This document shows, piece by piece, positions 1-8,750 of a stretch of 56,932 nt of DNA. This stretch comes from an uncultured Gammaproteobacteria bacterium. GTDB lineage: Bacteria > Pseudomonadota > Gammaproteobacteria > Magnimaribacterales > TMED112. The DNA is taken from positions 1 to 56,932 of the forward strand of contig CAJWNO010000003.1 in assembly GCA_913044115.1 (NCBI GenBank), written 5' to 3'. Every line of letters starts with the position of its first letter. The stretch's first letter is position 1. The notes under the pieces are model-generated. The model did not search any database. It was not told the origin of the DNA and saw only the letters and a program-made list of their open reading frames with translations. The position numbers and the translations under genes were made by a program.

Positions 1-63
1 TGGTCTGAAAACCTATTTGCAAGACCAGCATTTCAAAAAGCAATTAGTTTTTCTCACGAATAA
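1..63 (+). CDS. 3' end of an upstream CDS (last 20 codons only; product not assignable)
   Basis: Frame open from the window edge: WSENLFARPAFQKAISFSHE, then TAA at 61-63. The tail is reminiscent of glutathione S-transferase-family C-termini but is too short to call. Confidence 0.3.
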   Translation, partial: WSENLFARPAFQKAISFSHE

Positions 64-146
64 AGAAAATTTATTTTTTATATATTATGCGAAGTTGAAA
101 AACGTATTTTTTTTATTTTTTGGATAATTTTATTATAATTTAAAGC

Positions 147-1796
147 ATGTATAAGAATATTGCCCCAATTCTTAAGTCTAAAATTGATCAAGATTCCTCT
201 AGCTTTTTATCAAATAAAGAAATGATGTTAGGGAAGATTAAGAAGCTCAATGAATTGCTTGAAAAAGCCAAGATGGGTGGTGGCCAACACCACCTGGATA
301 GACTAGCTGCCAAAGGAAAGCTACCAGTCAGGGAAAGAATAAAGAATATTCTTGATCCCGATACTCCTTTTCTTGAAATATCTCCCTATGCAGCATACGG
401 CACTGCTTATACAGTCGGCGGAGGATGCGTTGCAGGCATTGGTTTAGTTGCTGGAAAAGAATGTGTTATTTTCGCAAATGATCCTTCGGTACTTGGTGGT
501 GCAATGACAGTTTATGTTTGGGAAAAGTGGATGCGTTGTATTCAAATTGCTCGAGAAAATAGAATACCCTTTATTAATTTTGTTGAATCAGCTGGTGCAG
601 ATCTAAGAGGTGGCACAGGTGATAATGGCGAAAACCTTGCTAGAAAACTTGAAAACCCCCACTTTGCTGCATCTGGTAGATCATTCTATGAAATGACTGA
701 ATTATCGAAATTAAAAATTCCAGTCGTATCAATTGTATTTGGATCTTCGACAGCTGGAGGAGCTTATCAACCTGGCATGTCCGACTATACAATTTTTATC
801 AAAAATCAATCTAAAGCTTTCCTAGCTGGACCACCTTTGGTTCAAATGGCAACAGGAGAAATTTCAGATGATGAAACACTTGGTGGTGCTGAAATGCACT
901 CCAAGGTCTCTGGATTTTCAGATTATCTTGCTGAAGATGAAATGGATGCATTACGAATCTGCAGAAATGTTATTGGTCATTTAAATTTAGTTAAAAGATC
1001 AAGTTTTGATCTGACAAATTTTACCGCTCCAAAATATAGCTCAGATGGTTTATTAGGTTTGTTTAGCGAAGATCTAAAAACTCATGTAGACATTAGAGAA
1101 GTAATAATGAGATTTGTAGATGAATCAAGGTTCGAGGAATTTAAACCTCTTTATGGTTCAACTATGGTTTGCGGATGGGCGAATGTCTTTGGATATCCAG
1201 TAGGCATATTAGGAAATAATGGTCCTATTTACCCGGAAACAGCTGAAAAATCTGCATCATTTATCCAGCTTTGTAATCAAACAAATACTCCTCTTGTTTT
1301 TCTTCACAATGTCACAGGATTTTTAGTAGGAAAGGATTATGAAAGACAAGCAATAATTAAAAAGGGTTCACAATTAATTAATGCTGTATCTAACTCAACT
1401 GTTCCACATATTTCGTTTATTGTTGGAGCTTCATATGGTGCTGGCACATATGCAATGTCTGGTCGAGCTTTCAATAACCGATTTATTTTTACTTGGCCTT
1501 CAGCCAAGATCGCAGTAATGGGACCAAAACAATTTGCTGGAGTTATGTCTATTGTCAGAAAGGCAAAAGCTAAAAGGAAGGGTGAAAAGTTCGATGAAAA
1601 AGGTAATAAACAGTTGGTTGAATTCATTGAGGCAATTGCTGAACAAGAGTCCCTTGCCTTATCAGCAAGCAGCATGCTCACTGACGATGGAATCATTGAT
1701 CCAAGAGATACCAGAAATGTACTAGGTTTTTGTTTGTCAGTTATTGATAACAACCAAGTAAAAGGTGCTGACAGTTATGGAGTGTTTAGGTTATGA
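147..1796 (+). CDS. Acyl-CoA carboxylase carboxyltransferase (beta) subunit, methylcrotonyl-/geranyl-CoA carboxylase type
   Basis: 549-aa ORF resembling MccB/AtuC-type carboxyltransferases over its full length (GGGQHHLDRLAAKGKLPVRERI, FANDPSVLGGA, TWPSAKIAVMGPKQ). The stop overlaps the next start (ATGA at 1793-1796). Confidence 0.9.
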   Translation: MYKNIAPILKSKIDQDSSSFLSNKEMMLGKIKKLNELLEKAKMGGGQHHLDRLAAKGKLPVRERIKNILDPDTPFLEISPYAAYGTAYTVGGGCVAGIGLVAGKECVIFANDPSVLGGAMTVYVWEKWMRCIQIARENRIPFINFVESAGADLRGGTGDNGENLARKLENPHFAASGRSFYEMTELSKLKIPVVSIVFGSSTAGGAYQPGMSDYTIFIKNQSKAFLAGPPLVQMATGEISDDETLGGAEMHSKVSGFSDYLAEDEMDALRICRNVIGHLNLVKRSSFDLTNFTAPKYSSDGLLGLFSEDLKTHVDIREVIMRFVDESRFEEFKPLYGSTMVCGWANVFGYPVGILGNNGPIYPETAEKSASFIQLCNQTNTPLVFLHNVTGFLVGKDYERQAIIKKGSQLINAVSNSTVPHISFIVGASYGAGTYAMSGRAFNNRFIFTWPSAKIAVMGPKQFAGVMSIVRKAKAKRKGEKFDEKGNKQLVEFIEAIAEQESLALSASSMLTDDGIIDPRDTRNVLGFCLSVIDNNQVKGADSYGVFRL

Positions 1797-3730
1797 GAAT
1801 TAATAAACTTCTCATAGCTAATAGAGGTGAAATAGCTTTAAGAATTTTAAATACAGCAAGAAGCATGGGCATTGAGTGTGTCACGATGCATTCTAAATCA
1901 GATAAAAAATCTCAATTTGTAAAATCATCTGATGAATCTTTCTTTCTACCAAATGGTTACATGGATCAAGATAGAATTTTACAAAAGGCAAAGGAACTAA
2001 ATGTTGATGCAATTCATCCAGGATATGGATTCTTGTCAGAAAATGCAGAGTTTTGTGAAAAAGTAAAAAGCCTGGATATTAAATGGATTGGGCCTGATGC
2101 AGAAACTATCAGACTAATGGGTGACAAAATAAATTCAAAAGATTTATGTATAAAAGAAAATATTCCGACCCTTATGAAGAGCTCAAATATAAATTCTGCA
2201 GAAAAAATTGGATTTCCAATTCTTGTAAAAGCGTCTGCCGGTGGTGGCGGAAAAGGTATGAGGATAGTTAATTCGAATAATGAGCTTAAAGAAGCAGTTA
2301 CCTCAGCAAAAAGAGAGGCAAAATCAAGTTTTGGAGATGATAGAGTTTTCCTTGAAAAGTACATTAGAAAATCTAGGCATATTGAAGTGCAAATACTTGG
2401 TGATAATCATGGAAATGTAATCCATCTTGGTGAAAGAGAGTGTTCTATCCAAAGAAGACATCAAAAAATTATTGAGGAATCTCCCTCAAGCCGATTAACT
2501 GAAAAGCTAAGATCTGAAATAACTTCAACTGCTGTTAAATTAGCCAAAAAACTTGGCTATAAGTCTGCAGGTACAGTCGAGTTTTTATTTGATGAGGATA
2601 CTAATGAGTTTTGGTTTTTAGAAGTTAATACTAGGTTACAGGTCGAACATCCAGTTACAGAAGAAGTTACAGGAATAGATTTGGTTAAAGAGCAAATTAA
2701 TATTGCAGAAGGCAAAAAATTAGGCATTAAACAAGATGAAATAATCGCACATGGACATGCTATAGAGGCAAGACTTTATGCTGAAAACCCTCAAAATCAG
2801 TTTCTTCCAGAAATCGGCAGAATTGAAAAAATTAGATTCCCTCATAGTGATGAGATTAGGTGGGATAGTGGTATTGTTTCTGGAGATGAAATAACACCTG
2901 AATATGATCCTATGCTTGCAAAGGTAATTGCATGGGGAGAAACACGTGAGCAAGCTGCAAAACTACTTGCAAGAGAACTTAAATCAACTCACATATCTGG
3001 AGTGATCACTAATAAGGAATTTTTAGTTAATTGTCTTGAAAACAAATCATTCCTTGGCGGAAAGACTACATCTGATTTTATTGAAAGAGAGTCAAAAAAA
3101 CTTTTTTCATCAATTGATAAAGGTCTAATTGATCGATCGATGAAGGCAGCAATTATTTGGTTACAAGAAACAAGTAAATGTGGCAATTCAAGATTAAATT
3201 TTCTGCCACGAAATTGGACAAATGGAATTATGCCACACGAACAAATGATATTTAGCTTTGAGGGTGAGGAATATATTTATCAATATTCAAACAACCAAGA
3301 TGTTTTTGAAATTCATAGAAAGTTTTTTGAGAGAATTTCTCAATCGCGTGGAAAAATTTTGGAATTCAATGAAAACAATCTTTATTTTGAACTTGATGAC
3401 TCAATCTTAAATGCGCAAATAACTGAATCCTCAGGGAATATTACGGTCAATTTAGGTAAAGGTGATATTACCTTCAAAATTAAACCAAGGTTTGTAGATC
3501 CAAATGAGGTAGTTATTGAAGGAGGCTTGTCTGCTCCCATGCCTGGAAAAATTTTAAATATTAAAGTTAAGAAAAATAATAAAGTTAAAAAAGGTGATAC
3601 GCTCATTACATTAGAAGCGATGAAGATGGAGCACTCAATTAAAGCAAATACTGATGGAGTTGTTGAGGATGTATTTGTAAAAGCAGGTGAGCAAGTTGAA
3701 AATGGTAGTCTGCTCATGAAAATTAATTAA
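1793..3730 (+). CDS. Acyl-CoA carboxylase biotin carboxylase + biotin carboxyl carrier (alpha) subunit
   Basis: 645 aa. N-terminal ATP-grasp biotin carboxylase (LIANRGEIALRI, GGGGKGMRIV, ECSIQRRHQK). C-terminal biotinyl domain with the EAMKMEH biotinylation motif. Confidence 0.9.
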   Translation: MRINKLLIANRGEIALRILNTARSMGIECVTMHSKSDKKSQFVKSSDESFFLPNGYMDQDRILQKAKELNVDAIHPGYGFLSENAEFCEKVKSLDIKWIGPDAETIRLMGDKINSKDLCIKENIPTLMKSSNINSAEKIGFPILVKASAGGGGKGMRIVNSNNELKEAVTSAKREAKSSFGDDRVFLEKYIRKSRHIEVQILGDNHGNVIHLGERECSIQRRHQKIIEESPSSRLTEKLRSEITSTAVKLAKKLGYKSAGTVEFLFDEDTNEFWFLEVNTRLQVEHPVTEEVTGIDLVKEQINIAEGKKLGIKQDEIIAHGHAIEARLYAENPQNQFLPEIGRIEKIRFPHSDEIRWDSGIVSGDEITPEYDPMLAKVIAWGETREQAAKLLARELKSTHISGVITNKEFLVNCLENKSFLGGKTTSDFIERESKKLFSSIDKGLIDRSMKAAIIWLQETSKCGNSRLNFLPRNWTNGIMPHEQMIFSFEGEEYIYQYSNNQDVFEIHRKFFERISQSRGKILEFNENNLYFELDDSILNAQITESSGNITVNLGKGDITFKIKPRFVDPNEVVIEGGLSAPMPGKILNIKVKKNNKVKKGDTLITLEAMKMEHSIKANTDGVVEDVFVKAGEQVENGSLLMKIN

Positions 3731-3732
3731 AT

Positions 3733-5487
3733 ATGAAAAATGTTATAAGAATTGGAAATTGTAGTGGTTTCTATGGTGATCGATTATCGGCTGCTAAAGA
3801 AATGGTTGAAGGAGGCCCAATAGATGTTTTAACAGGAGATTATCTAGCTGAATTAACAATGGCGATTCTTTTGAGCCAAAAAATGCAAAGAGGAGAACAA
3901 GCAGGTTATGTAGGTACTTTTTTAAAACAGCTAAATGAGATAGCTGAGACTTGTGAAAAGAAAAAAATAAAAATTGTTTCAAATGCAGGAGGCTTAAATC
4001 CAAAAAGCATGGCGGAAGAAGTTAAAAAAATTCTTGATGCTCAAGGAGTTAATTTAAAAATTGCTTACATTGATGGAGATGATCTGATGCCCAGAATAGA
4101 TGAGTTAAAAAATAGTGGGGAAAAACTTACAAATATTGATACTGAGGTAGATTTCTTTAACCAAGATATGCCTGCTTTATCTGCAAATGCCTATTTGGGG
4201 TGCTGGGGAATTAAAAAAGCTCTTGATTTAGGAGCAGATATTGTAATTTGTCCAAGAGTAACAGATGCCGCAGTCGTTATGGGTCCAGCAGCCTGGAAAT
4301 TTAATTGGAATAGAAATGATTTTGATCAATTAGCTGGGGCGCTGGCAGCTGGTCATGTTATTGAGTGTGGAGCACAAGCTACAGGAGGTAATTACTCATT
4401 TTTTAAAGAAGTGCCAACTTTCAAAAATATTGGTTATCCAATTGCAGAGATAAATGATGATGGAAGTTTTTTTATAACAAAGCATCAAAATACTGGGGGA
4501 CTTGTTTCAAAAGGCACTGTTACAGCTCAACTTCTTTATGAAACCTCTACTCCCTCTTATTTAAATCCTGATGTTGTTGCACATTTTGATACTTTAAGCA
4601 TAGAAGAAGTTGAAGAAAATAAAGTGCTTGTAAAAGGCACCAAAGGAAGCCCTCCTCCAAAACATCATAAAGTCTGCATGAACCTTGCTGGTGGATATAA
4701 AAATACTATGGAACTTATAGTTACTGGTTTAGACATACCTGAAAAAGCAAAAATATTCACTGAAGAACTATTCGATTCTCTTGGTGGAAAAGAACAATTT
4801 GATGATGTAAATATTCAGCTTCATCGTACAGATAAAATTGACCCTAAAACTAATGAAGAGGCGATGGCTACCTTAAAAATTAGTGTTAAATCTAAAGATC
4901 CGGAAGTGGTTGGGAGAATTTTTAGTGCAAAAGTAGTTGAATTAGGATTAGCCAACTATCCAGGCTGGACCGTGCAAAGTGATATCAAAAAAAGTAGCCC
5001 TTTCATTTCTTACTGGCCAGCTCTATTAGACAGCAAATATATAGATGAAACGGTTTATTTTGATGAATTAACTCATCAAATTGAAATTGAAGAGCATGAT
5101 GATGTAGTAATAGAAAAGCCTCAATTCAATATTGCAAAAACCGAATACACTGATACAAAGAAAATAGAATTTGGGCGAATTTTCGGGACTAGGTCTGGAG
5201 ATAAAGGGGGATGCGCAAACCTAGGCACATGGGCAAAAGATTCAAAAAATTATGAATTTTTATACCATTATTTAACTATTGATAGGCTCAAGGAACTTCT
5301 TCCAGATTTACAGGATTATGCTATTGAGAGATATGAGCTACCTAATATAAATGCCCTTAATTTCTATGTTAGAGGTTTACTAGAGAATGGAGTATCATCA
5401 AATGACAGAAGAGATGGTCAGGCTAAATCATTGGGTGAATATCTAGGTGCTAAGTTCATTGATTATCCATCAGAATTGTTGAAATAA
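3733..5487 (+). CDS. atuA: AtuA-like protein (DUF1446 family, acyclic terpene utilisation; biochemical role unknown)
   Basis: 584 aa. N-terminus IRIGNCSGFYGDRLSAAKEMVEGGPIDVLTGDYLAE is typical of DUF1446/AtuA (by recall). Sits 2 nt after the carboxylase alpha subunit. Confidence 0.7.
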   Translation: MKNVIRIGNCSGFYGDRLSAAKEMVEGGPIDVLTGDYLAELTMAILLSQKMQRGEQAGYVGTFLKQLNEIAETCEKKKIKIVSNAGGLNPKSMAEEVKKILDAQGVNLKIAYIDGDDLMPRIDELKNSGEKLTNIDTEVDFFNQDMPALSANAYLGCWGIKKALDLGADIVICPRVTDAAVVMGPAAWKFNWNRNDFDQLAGALAAGHVIECGAQATGGNYSFFKEVPTFKNIGYPIAEINDDGSFFITKHQNTGGLVSKGTVTAQLLYETSTPSYLNPDVVAHFDTLSIEEVEENKVLVKGTKGSPPPKHHKVCMNLAGGYKNTMELIVTGLDIPEKAKIFTEELFDSLGGKEQFDDVNIQLHRTDKIDPKTNEEAMATLKISVKSKDPEVVGRIFSAKVVELGLANYPGWTVQSDIKKSSPFISYWPALLDSKYIDETVYFDELTHQIEIEEHDDVVIEKPQFNIAKTEYTDTKKIEFGRIFGTRSGDKGGCANLGTWAKDSKNYEFLYHYLTIDRLKELLPDLQDYAIERYELPNINALNFYVRGLLENGVSSNDRRDGQAKSLGEYLGAKFIDYPSELLK

Positions 5488-5489
5488 AT

Positions 5490-6275
5490 ATGACTATTAA
5501 CGAAACAAAGTTCAAAACCCTTCTAGTTGAACATCAGGATCATATTCTTCACATAAGTTTAAATAGACCTGAAAAGAAAAATGCAATTAATCCAGCTATG
5601 ACTAATGAGTTGCTCTTTGTGTTGGATTATGCCGATAAAACTGATTCAGTCAGAGTCCTAGATTTATCTGCGCAAGGTGATGTATTTTGTGCTGGCGGTG
5701 ACCTAAGAAATATGTCTGGTGAGGAAAATGACGACATTCCTAATATGGATGGAAACCTAGTAGATGTAATTAAAAATCTACGAAATCTCAATAAGCCTGT
5801 TGTATGTAGGATTGAGGGAAATGTTTATGCAGGTGCACTGTTATTGGTTTGTAATGCAACACATGCATATGCTCTTAATGATGTAACTTTCACAGCCCCC
5901 GAAATAAAAAGAGGAATCTGGCCATTTATGGTAATGGCTGGTTTATTTAGAGTTATGCCTAAGAGAGTAGGTTTAGATTTTATAATGAGAGGTAATGCAA
6001 TTGATGCCAATCAAGCTCTAACTCATGGCTTAATCAATCAGCATTTTGTAAAAGAAGATTTCCAAATTGAGGTTGATAAAATTATTTCTGAACTAGCATC
6101 TATGCCTCCAAATGCTATGAAAAAAGGTTTATCAGCTTTTCACAAACAAGAATTTGATGACTTTGAAGATGCTATGAATTTTCTGGAATCAGAAATAAAT
6201 GACAGTCTAAAAAGTGATGAAGCTATTGAAGGCATTACTGCTTTCCTAGAAAAAAGAAAACCTAATTGGAAATAA
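5490..6275 (+). CDS. Enoyl-CoA hydratase/isomerase (crotonase) family protein
   Basis: 261 aa. Crotonase signatures LNRPEKKNAI and FCAGGDL. Starts 2 nt after the atuA-like gene. Confidence 0.85.
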   Translation: MTINETKFKTLLVEHQDHILHISLNRPEKKNAINPAMTNELLFVLDYADKTDSVRVLDLSAQGDVFCAGGDLRNMSGEENDDIPNMDGNLVDVIKNLRNLNKPVVCRIEGNVYAGALLLVCNATHAYALNDVTFTAPEIKRGIWPFMVMAGLFRVMPKRVGLDFIMRGNAIDANQALTHGLINQHFVKEDFQIEVDKIISELASMPPNAMKKGLSAFHKQEFDDFEDAMNFLESEINDSLKSDEAIEGITAFLEKRKPNWK

Positions 6276-6344
6276 GATTAAGATATAATATTAATCAATA
6301 AGGGGGCCAATCTTCTTAAATTTTTTATGTAAGGAGTTTAAATT

Positions 6345-7481
6345 ATGAATTCAAAAATTTGTGAAATATTAGGAATAGAATTTCCACTTGTTGCATTCAG
6401 TCATTGCAAAGATGTTGTTGCACAAGTTTCAAAAGCTGGTGGTATGGGTGTATTGGGTGCAGTAGGCATGACTCCAGAAATATTAGAACAAGAACTTAAA
6501 TGGATAGATGAACATGTTGATGGTAAACCTTATGGGCTAGATCTTTTGGTACCAAATAAGTTTGTTGGTAAAGAAGGTAGTGTTGATCCAGATCACTTAG
6601 CTTCAATGATCCCACAAGAGTATCGAGATTTTAGAGCAGATGTATTAAAGAAGCATGATATAGATGGCGAAGACCTTAGAAAACAATCCACAGAATACTC
6701 TAACTGGGGAGCAAATATGCAAGAGGATGGAGCCACCAAAATGTTGGAAATAGGTTTTAATCATGGAGTTAAGCTTTGTGCAAATGCTCTAGGTGTGCCA
6801 CCAAAATGGATGCTTGATCTTTGCAAAGATAATAATGTTCCAGTTGCTGCCCTTGTTGGAGCGAAGGAACATGCAGTCAAACAAGTTGAGGCTGGTGTAG
6901 ATATCTTAGTTGTATCTGGCACAGAAGGTGGTGGTCATTGTGGTAGTGTTTCTACAATGGTTTTGGTGCCTGAAGTACATAGAGCTATCAAAGAGATGCG
7001 AGATGTACCAATACTTGCAGCAGGTGGTATCTGTACAGGAGAACAAATGGCTGGAGCTATGGCTATGGGTGCTTCCGGGGCATGGTGTGCTTCCGTATTT
7101 TTAACAACATCAGAAGCTGAAACTTCAGAAGTTGTGAAAGATAAAATGCTAGCTGCTTCTTCAAATCAAACGGTAAGATCTAGAAGCAGAACAGGCAAGC
7201 ATTCAAGACAACTTCAATCTGATTGGACAGATGCTTGGTTAGAAAAAGATGCACCTGATCCTTTACCAATGCCTCTACAAACAATGGTCAGTGAGCCAGC
7301 ATTAGATAAAATTGATAAAGCTGCCGAGGTTGGACATGAGGGAGCAAAGAAACTAGCAACCTACTGGGTTGGTCAAGGCATTGGCTTAGTTGATGAAAGA
7401 ATTACTGCAGGACAAACAGTCCAAAAGTTTAAAGAAGAATTTATTGAAGCATACGAAAGACTAAATAGCTTTATGGAGTAA
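6345..7481 (+). CDS. Nitronate monooxygenase / 2-nitropropane dioxygenase-family FMN oxidoreductase
   Basis: 378 aa. AAGGAG lies 8 nt upstream of the ATG. Motifs GGMGVLGA and VVSGTEGGGHCG are typical of the NMO TIM-barrel family. Confidence 0.8.
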   Translation: MNSKICEILGIEFPLVAFSHCKDVVAQVSKAGGMGVLGAVGMTPEILEQELKWIDEHVDGKPYGLDLLVPNKFVGKEGSVDPDHLASMIPQEYRDFRADVLKKHDIDGEDLRKQSTEYSNWGANMQEDGATKMLEIGFNHGVKLCANALGVPPKWMLDLCKDNNVPVAALVGAKEHAVKQVEAGVDILVVSGTEGGGHCGSVSTMVLVPEVHRAIKEMRDVPILAAGGICTGEQMAGAMAMGASGAWCASVFLTTSEAETSEVVKDKMLAASSNQTVRSRSRTGKHSRQLQSDWTDAWLEKDAPDPLPMPLQTMVSEPALDKIDKAAEVGHEGAKKLATYWVGQGIGLVDERITAGQTVQKFKEEFIEAYERLNSFME

Positions 7482-7667
7482 TTTATTTTTAATTTAAGAA
7501 ATACATCATTCCTGCTTTTTGCAACTCTTTTAAATGTTATAAACTTTGTCGATAGGCAGTTTATATCTAGCTTTGCTCCATTTTTAAAAGAAGATCTTGG
7601 CTTAACAAATACAGAAATTGGTTTACTAACAGGTCTAGTATTTATTTTCTTTTATACCATAGCTGGT

Positions 7668-8750
7668 TTGTTTGTAGGGACTCTTGCAGATAGATTTAAT
7701 AGAACAAAGATTATAGGTATTGGAGTAATCTTATGGAGTGCCTTCACTGCGGTTTCTGGTTTAGCTAAAAACTTTGTGCAATTAGCAGCACCAAGACTTT
7801 TTATAGGTATTGGTGAATCTGCTATCACGCCAACAACAATGTCTATTCTCTCAGATAGATATGATCAAAATAAATTAGGTTTTGCTGCAGGGTTTTATTA
7901 TCTTGGTGTTCCTGTAGGTGTTGGTATAAGTCTTATAATCGCTGGCTACATTGAACCACTAATTGGCTGGAGAGGCTGTTTTTACCTACTAGGAATAATC
8001 GGTTTGGTGCTTGGCTTTTTAATGCTATTTGTTAAAGATACACCACGAAAAAATATTCCTAAGACCTCTAATCCTGAATCATTTTGGAGCATTATGAAAT
8101 TGCTCTTCAAAGTATTATTAATGTCAAAATCATTAATGTTTACTGTTCTGGCTGGAACTTTATACCATGTAATACTCGGTGCTGCTCAATTTGAAGTTGT
8201 TTGGGCTGTTGAGGACAAAGGTTTCAATGGCAATACTTTTGCTCAAATAAATGGATGGATTTTTGTTGTATTTGGAGTTTTAGGCAGTTTATTTGGCGGA
8301 GTAGCAAGTGATTGGGCGCTTAGAAAATTTAATTTGCCTCGAACTTGGTTCCTTGTAATCTTAACTTTATTACTTATTCCTTTTGCCTTTACTAGATACC
8401 TAGAAACAGACAACATATTATTTTGGGTGGGAGTTTGTACTTCTGCATTTAGTCTTGGTGCTTTTTATGGGCCAGTATTTGCAGTAATACAGGAGCTCGT
8501 TCCAGCGAAAATTAGAGGCACAGTGGTAGCATTTAATCTGCTTTGTTTAAATATGTTAGGCATTGTACCAGGGTCACTTTTAATGGGCGTACTTTCAGAT
8601 AATCTTATTGCCCAGGGCTATGAAAACCCTTACACAAACTTATTAGTTGGTTTTAGCGTCATGTTCTTAATTCTGGGCCCTCCTCTGTACTACTTAGCTG
8701 GTAAGTTTTACGAGTCTGACAAAAAGAAGCTTGAAGCAGCTTTTAATTAG
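7668..8750 (+). CDS. MFS transporter (the TTG start in the ORF track is probably too far downstream; true N-terminus likely near 7485)
   Basis: Polytopic membrane protein with the MFS loop motif GTLADRFNR. The same frame stays open back to 7482 and encodes a typical MFS TM1/loop (NFVDRQFISSFAPFLKEDLGLTNTEIGLL), but contains no ATG/GTG/TTG. See finding. Confidence 0.8.
   Translation: MFVGTLADRFNRTKIIGIGVILWSAFTAVSGLAKNFVQLAAPRLFIGIGESAITPTTMSILSDRYDQNKLGFAAGFYYLGVPVGVGISLIIAGYIEPLIGWRGCFYLLGIIGLVLGFLMLFVKDTPRKNIPKTSNPESFWSIMKLLFKVLLMSKSLMFTVLAGTLYHVILGAAQFEVVWAVEDKGFNGNTFAQINGWIFVVFGVLGSLFGGVASDWALRKFNLPRTWFLVILTLLLIPFAFTRYLETDNILFWVGVCTSAFSLGAFYGPVFAVIQELVPAKIRGTVVAFNLLCLNMLGIVPGSLLMGVLSDNLIAQGYENPYTNLLVGFSVMFLILGPPLYYLAGKFYESDKKKLEAAFN

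Noticed and set aside
7479-7487. An NMO-MFS fusion protein by read-through of the TAA at 7479-7481 (both genes are in the same frame)
   Set aside because: Sharing a frame has a one-in-three chance. TAA is the strongest stop codon. A soluble TIM-barrel fused to an MFS N-terminus is not a known architecture. An SD-positioned ATT start is the simpler explanation.
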